The notes beneath the pieces are model-generated. The model worked only from the letters and a program-made list of their open reading frames with translations. It was not told where the DNA came from and did no database searches. From contig JAQGDQ010000081.1 of assembly GCA_030141605.1 (NCBI GenBank), positions 558,001-622,000 of the forward strand: DNA of 64,000 nt, written 5' to 3'. The position numbers and the translations under genes were made by a program. Positions 56,901-64,000 of the stretch are shown here, piece after piece. The number at the start of each line of letters is the position of its first letter. Position 1 is the first letter of the stretch. The DNA is from Tubiluchus corallicola. Its lineage: Eukaryota > Animalia > Priapulida.

Positions 56901-59900
56901 GCTGCACTGACTTTTGTGCAGTTTTTCTTTATCATGCAGGTTCTTTTGGATGTGGACATCTAGCCAAAATTTTACTTGTATGGTATGCACAAAAATATTC
57001 ATCGTCTGTCGTCTGCTAAATTCTGTTTACTGTAAGAATTCGTTAGGTTACTAGTGCAACAAATCTATTGTTCTTACCTTTATGTAGTGACGCTTTGTAA
57101 TGTATTTTTCAGAGAATTACTGCATCGATTAACTCTAAAGAACAAAAACGTCTGTTGATGGACTTGGATGTTAACATGAGAACCGGTGACTGCCCATACA
57201 CGGTACACTTCTACGGTGCATTGTTTAGAGAGGTAAGTGAAAAAGTTCATTATGCTATAATTTTGGCAAAAATTCTCATTGCTTTAATCTGACTATTAAT
57301 TATAGATAATTATAATAATGATAGCAAGAACATCAGCTGATATGATAGATAAGTGTTAAGCGTTGCGCAAGTTATATGCCGGCTGTTAAATAATAATAAT
57401 ACAAACAAGTTTATATAATGTGCGCATTTTATACCACATACATTTGTCTGGATCATTATTCTGGATGACAAAAATATAATTATTTCTTTTATTGCTTTAT
57501 GTAATTCATAAGTATATTCCTGCTGTATGTAGATCAGAAGTAGTTAAGATTAATAACATTATGATTGCTAATGTTGTCTCATGTGACAAAATGCTAGTCG
57601 ATGTGCAGTATCTGTAATTATGAGAGAGCAATCTGCTAAATTAATTGGCTCTTATTTTACATGGCATGTAGGGTGATGTCTGGATTTGTATGGAGGTCTT
57701 AGACACATCTGTGGACAAGCTATACAAAACGGTAGAAAAATTGGGAAAAACAATGCCAGAAGATGTTATGGGTGCAATCACTGTTGCTGTAAGCTTATAA
57801 CTTTTAATTTTTCTGTCTTATTTCACATCTATCCTTATTTAATGAGATTTTCTTTCATGACAAGGTATGCATGCATTAGTGAAATTTGCCAGGGAATACA
57901 GAGTTCCTGTACAATCGTAAAAGCATGTTGGGAATTCACAAGCAAGTGGCATAGTTGAGAGAGTCGCTGGAAAATTAGAAAAATACATGTGGTGGGGAAG
58001 AAAACAAAGGCCAATTAAAGTAAAGGGAAATGCCAGAGGTGTAGTTTAGCAGTTTTTAATGTAATACATTTTGTTCCAAGGCGTGAATATTTATTGATTC
58101 TATGTGCCTCGCTTTCTGAAATATAACTACACTACAAAAATACGCTTAGACCATTTATTCTGTCTGTTTCAAAATAGTTGTTTCTGTTACTGTTTCAAAT
58201 AGTCAATATATATCACCTTTAAAAAAGGCTAACTTTACGTAGAACAGAAAGATTGAGGTTAATGTGATTTTTTATATAGCTGTTCAATGCTAGTCAGTGG
58301 CTTATTCGAGCATTTTCTAGGAGTGCTGGAATGCGGATATAAAAACAGGCCAGATTTTATTTAACCACCATTTTAAAGTACTCAGTTGTTATTTATTTTA
58401 TATAAGTTTTTATTTTAAATCAGTACAAACTTTGATCTGTTTATTTTTTCGTTGTTTACAGGTTGTTAAGGCACTTCATTATTTGCAATCAAAGCTCCGT
58501 GTTATCCACAGAGATGTCAAACCATCAAACATTCTCATCAACAAGGAAGGCCAAGTAAAAATTTGTGATTTCGGTATCAGCGGGCAGCTTGTTGACAGCC
58601 TCGCAAAAACAGTTGATGCGGGCTGCAAACCATACATGGCAGTGAGTATATAATTATATATATACATATAATGGGAATTTTAAAATTCAAGTTTAAACCT
58701 GAAGTTCTCGATCTGGTTCGTAAGTGAGGGAGATTGTTGGAGTAAATTCACATTTGTACCCACATTTCCCCTCTGATAAAATTTTCAAATCAAGATTTTT
58801 GCCAAAATTATTTTCAAGTCTGTTTTACATTCTAAAACACTACACTATACTCTTGAGAAATGCTAGCTGTAACGTTGTTAATCAAAGAATCTTAATTGCA
58901 CTAAACTTAAGTATTAGTAGCATGAGTGCTCTCCGAATCATCCGTGGGTATACAAATTATACATATTGTCAAAAAATAACTGCAATTGTATAATTAGTTT
59001 CAACTTAATGTGTAATAAGTAAAAAATTGAGAGCGAATGAATCACACATCAAGACTGTTTGGACTACAGCGATCAAAATAACTCTGGTTATTGCTAGGCA
59101 ATAAGCAATTAAACCATTTCACGGTACCTCATTGAACATCATTTTGTGTGTGGCAGTTTGTACCATTATGCAGTAGTCAAAGTAAATTTGAATTTTGAAG
59201 TTAGGCGGCTAGGTCAGTTGCTTCAGAGTTTCAAGAATGGAAAATGAAAGAGCAGCTTGAGAAGCAATTCAAGGCCTGGGCCCAAAGTTTAGTGTTGACG
59301 TAGATAAGTCAAAAGTGAAATGCGAAGACAGTTTTGTCTCAAGGCACTAAGGAAAGAAGTTACAAATTAATAAGAAAGTTAAAATGGTGAATGGGTGACA
59401 ATAATCAGTTATTCACAAAAATTGCCAATGATTTATTTGTCAGCATAGAGTTAGAGATTTTTAGATTTTAATGATAAACTGTTATTGTTAAGAAATTGCA
59501 CTAGAAATAAACAATAAAATAATTGAAATACTGTCTTAAGGGTGCTCATATGGCTGCAGAATGCCCTCAAGTGCAGTAAAATGCATTAGCAGGCAAGGCA
59601 CTGCTTTTCACCCCGAATCCCGTAGCTGTACCGTACAGTATACCTTGTTAAAATTTTACAATTCAAGCACTGAGTAACATGCAAATTATGTTTATGGTTG
59701 TTGTTGCAATGTTTTAGCCTGAAAGAATTAATCCACAAAAAGATCATCGAGGGTATGATATAAAATCTGATGTCTGGAGTTTGGGCATATCCTTGGTAAG
59801 ATTTTTTCCCTTTTTACCTTCATTGTGTTTTAGGATATATATATTTGTAGCAGACTGGACTGAATATTACCAAAAATTGCCTTTTTGTGTGCATGAATGC

Positions 59901-61558
59901 TCGTAAAAATTGTTGGCTGACGCTTTTCTTTGTTAAACCACCTGCGTTGAAACCAAGAATTTTTCGTACCTATGAATCGAACGAAGATGTTATCTGCATG
60001 GTCACCCTATGTAACATACAAACTATAGCCATTTTCATTGGATATATGTCGCTCTGCAGTTTGAATTTTCTGCAATTGTATGGTTATTTAACTTATAACT
60101 TTTAGCCTGGTTTTGCTATAGAATGTACCATCTCATATATGTTTTGTGCTACCAAACTCGACCATCATCGATTGGTTAAAGTATCATAGATTTCTTGAAG
60201 CGAGTAGATAATGTGGATGCTGCATTATATGATTGCAAGATAACACTGTGTAATTAGTAAATGCTGATGTGCACTCAGTAGTTTTGGTAGAGAATATTGT
60301 GGAAATTCAGTCTTTTTTAGCCAGTTTAAAAAGTTCGAGTGCAATCATGTATTCATGTGTTTATTGCTTAATATTTGTTTGGCTTCATTTTTTAGTATTA
60401 CTATGATTATTAATTGTTTGTCGTTTAAAACTATTTGGTGATATTTTTTGTGCAAAGGCTGTGTTGTTTTTGACTGGCCAACTCTTTTTTTCTTTCAGAT
60501 TGAGGTAGCTACAATGAAATTTCCATATCCGAAATGGGGCACACCCTTTGATCAACTTAAGATGGTCGTAATGGATGATCCACCTAAATTACCCGCTGAT
60601 GATTTTAGCCCAGAATTTGTTGATTTTGTCGAAAAATGGTATGAAATTTGTTTTATTGACTTTAAATACTATCTAGCCATGTCTATTTAAATCTTGCTAG
60701 GCATGAGCTACAGATTTTAAAGCCGTTGTTATGGTTACTCTTAATGATGGCAAACCATTTCTCTGTGTGAACATTGTCCAGCCAAAGAATGACACTATGT
60801 GGCAGTGAAATCCTAGAATAAATTACAAAATTATTAGGATCGCCACATTTGTGCAGTAGACTACTAAGTACTTTTTTGTGCAATGGTGTTCAGACAAGAA
60901 CAAATGTCATAACATTTGAGCTTGGTACTGTTATTTACATCAGTCATTATAGCAACAAATTTATATGGCTATGGTTTGGACATCAGTGATTGTTCCTGCT
61001 AGAAATCATCATTGTTTTAAACTATGACACATTCCTAAGTTTTTGAAAGTTCACTGCTTTAGAGAACTGGCATTTCACTCAACTTGCTTACAAACAAAAA
61101 AGATATGCATGCTCTTTCCGATAGTAGATGAGGTGCTTAAAAATTAAATGTAACATTGTGTAAAATTTCTGAGAAAACAGTTTTTCCACTGATAATATAA
61201 ACCAATATTTTTCTGATTTTTTTATTTAAAAAGCATTGTAAAAACAAAACTTGCAGAAAATTTAATTGTGATTCATCAAGTATAGCCAGAGTACTTTCAG
61301 AGAATGTGTGTAGGAGTTGGCTTAGAGGTTTTTATCTTGGGAATTTTGGAATTGATTTGTTTTTTCTTTAAAATCCAGCAAATAAATGAATGTATTGTTT
61401 GCAGCTTGCGGAAAGATTTCAAGACTCGGTGGAACTATATTCAGCTTCTTGAGCATCCATTCATCAAACGTCACGAGGACCGCGACCAAACTGATGTCAT
61501 CGCATTTGTCAGTGATATCATCAAACACATAGCGGCTGAGAAATCATCTGCAAGCTGA
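53963..61558 (+). CDS. MAP2K6: Dual-specificity MAP kinase kinase 3/6 (p38 activator), about 343 aa, 9 coding exons
   Basis: Phase-consistent GT-AG exons 53963-53975, 54962-55028, 55705-55867, 57113-57232, 57672-57788, 58462-58641, 59718-59795, 60499-60638, 61405-61558. D-site [85 protein letters not shown] and PRDLDS favour MKK3/6 over MKK4. Confidence 0.95.
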
Positions 61559-63333
61559 ATACAAATGAATCGACTTTCTTAAACTGCGTGTAAACCAAGG
61601 ATGTGTGTTGTTTGTTTGCTTGCTTTTTTGCGGACGGGCGGAAATCTGCATCACTGTAGCACTACTTAGTATAATTATATGTCATAGTTTTAGAATGTTT
61701 ATTTACAGGGTGTTACAATGATGGAAGTTTTCCGTTGCCGTTGGTAAGATTGCTGATAGATTTCTAAAAACTTGTGAAATGGTTTCACTACTGAAGCAAG
61801 GTCTAGCAACCACACAAGTTTGGAAAGAAAAATTTGACACTCTTATGTACGTCAGTTCCAAACACCAATAGTGTTTTCGTAGATATAGGCATTGATTTGG
61901 CAGAACTGTTTTGCAGTTTTTACAAATGGCTTACCCATTGCCCATGTTACTGCTGTACAAGTTTCTGTTTTGGCATAACAGTGTACTATACTTGTTTTAA
62001 TGATTCCTTTTTATAGTAGCTGGGTACTTTCTCTTACAACTAATGAAGACTGTGAAATAAATGTGCAAAGGAGTTAGCTGCGTGTTTTAACAAAATTTCA
62101 TTCAAGCGCAAAATTTTGCTGAGGTGAAAATTAGTTCTAAATGCAAGCTTTTTTTGGGCACTTCTAATATATGAAACTGATGAATGTTTGAGCATTAGAT
62201 GCTGTACTTATGCTATACTTAATTGTTTATTGTGTAAGTGCCCATGAGCATTGTCAATAACACTTCGGAAATTAACTTTTTCATGACAATGTTGATGTTT
62301 AACTGATAGCCTCCTAACCACCGGTAGGCATGTAACATAACATCGTGACATGTAAGCACCGTTTTTTATTGTATTGCAAATTGGAAGCCATGTGCTACAC
62401 AGTTTTATGCAATGTTTTTCATTTAAGTAATTATTTTATAAATTTTCATAGTTACAAATAATAGTGCTTGTCTGGAGATGACTACATACCTGCTATTTTA
62501 TTTGCTGGCACTGAATGTCATATACATGTTATTATTAAACTGTGTTTGACAGGCTTCATTAGTACCATTAAGATGAGCTACTGTAGTTCTATACCTGCCT
62601 CTGGTTGTCAGCCATTGTTTCTTGTGAGCCAGTTATTCATCTTAGAAATTTATTTACCTTTTACAAAAGTATTGCATTTGAAATACGAATTTGTAGCTTA
62701 TACTCAATGGCTAGTAGCCTAACAGTGTATGTGCTGTAAATGGCTTTGCAACTGTACCTGTCTATCTAGAGCAATAGACAGTCAAACTTACCAAAAGTTC
62801 TCTTCATCTGCCTAGCTCATAGTTTTGTTGATTTAATTGTGCTTCACTTGTAGAGTGCTAAAGATTCATTGTTTCTGCAGTCATCGGTGCCATCAAGGTA
62901 ATGGTAATAGTTTGTGTAGGCCTAATACACGTAGCTATTTTAATAAAACCTGAATTTGTGTTGCTTCTTTTCTCCCAATTTTTCTAAGGTCTACCTTCTC
63001 TTGCTTAATATGAATTATTAATAGGTGGCAGTATCAGTGCTGTAAATAGTGCTGGTAATTATGTGGTATAAACTGGTGGCTTATATTTGGCAGCTGCAAT
63101 GAAACAGCATGACCCTTCAACCAATATCAAGTGCTCAATATAACACTTAAATCACGTGCACCCTGAGCAGAATGTTTTTGTTTTGCCACCTTTGCCGTTT
63201 TTGTACAGGTCTTTTCTGGTCAGTGTATGTGAACATATTTTACGAGATTCAAAGACTTTGTAAGAAAATCCACCTTGTTATTACCATTCAATGTGTAATT
63301 ATGATTATGGAATAAGGAATTTGTTGAATATCA

Positions 63334-63343
63334 AATAAATAAA
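63334..63343 (+). terminator. Candidate polyadenylation signal of MAP2K3/6 (overlapping AATAAA hexamers)
   Basis: AATAAATAAA about 1.8 kb after the stop, ending a UTR-like stretch; other AATAAA occur earlier (e.g. ~62056, ~62942). Confidence 0.35.
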
Positions 63344-64000
63344 TCATGTAAAAACATCTAGTAAATGATTTTTTACTATTAGTTATTACTGCAAACTACA
63401 ACTAAAGTTAGCAAAAAAATATCCAATTTTCAGAAAATTCCCGACCTAAACTTAACGTTAATTACAATATCCCTTGTGGAATGCGTTTTAATTCCTCGGC
63501 TTCAGTAACTCTTGTTGGATGTATGACGCTCTTTTAACGAAAATGAAATCCTCAAGCTTTAACATCACGGAATGCAACCTGCAATGTGAACGGGGTTCAG
63601 CCTTGCTTGCGTCATGCATGTGGATCCACAACATGATTCCAGTCACACCGCACTACGGGGCCATGCTGCATCAGATGTAGCTCACCGGCCCACACCTAAC
63701 TATGTACTGCCGCTAGTGTTATCGGTGGTGACCACCATGGCGACAACGACGTGGTTGTCAACAACAACAGCTTAGTGAAACCTAATTGCAAAAACATTTT
63801 GCGCACTATATAACATTTTGCAAAACTATATAAAAATTTAATGACAAGCATTATTAGGCCCATCCACTGTTGATAATTAATGTACAGCTCCATCCACTAA
63901 TAATAATAATTAATGTGCAGATGCTTTGTTTACTGCTCTTGTAAATGATAGCCAGCAACAGCTTAACATCACTAGAGTACAGATAGATGCAATGACGCCA

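Overview
AT-rich, intron-containing animal genomic DNA, probably from a marine invertebrate (lophotrochozoan-like; taxon is inference). Genes, left to right: (1) 5' part of a minus-strand secreted PAN/Apple + F5/8-type-C (discoidin) gene that runs off the left edge; (2) a single-coding-exon 820-aa protein with N-terminal ankyrin repeats and a C-terminal Mab-21/cGAS-like nucleotidyltransferase with all catalytic motifs intact (an ANK-cGLR); (3) two tandem paralogues, absent from the ORF track, of a small spliced gene encoding a signal peptide plus an Arg/Gly/Phe-rich cationic peptide ending RRG-stop (candidate antimicrobial peptide), carried in a ~8-9 kb direct duplication; (4) FAM122/PABIR (8 coding exons, minus); (5) a 154-aa orphan coiled-coil/acidic-tail gene (minus); (6) MAP2K3/6 (9 coding exons, plus). 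Also present: an internally deleted Gypsy-type LTR element with TSD and PBS, a hAT-type MITE family with 8-bp TSDs, a foldback-like element, decayed LINE fragments and long microsatellites. The best candidate for an undescribed system is the ANK-cGLR sensor sitting tail-to-tail with the duplicated, rapidly diverging cationic peptide genes. All calls were made by reading the sequence; no database searches were run.
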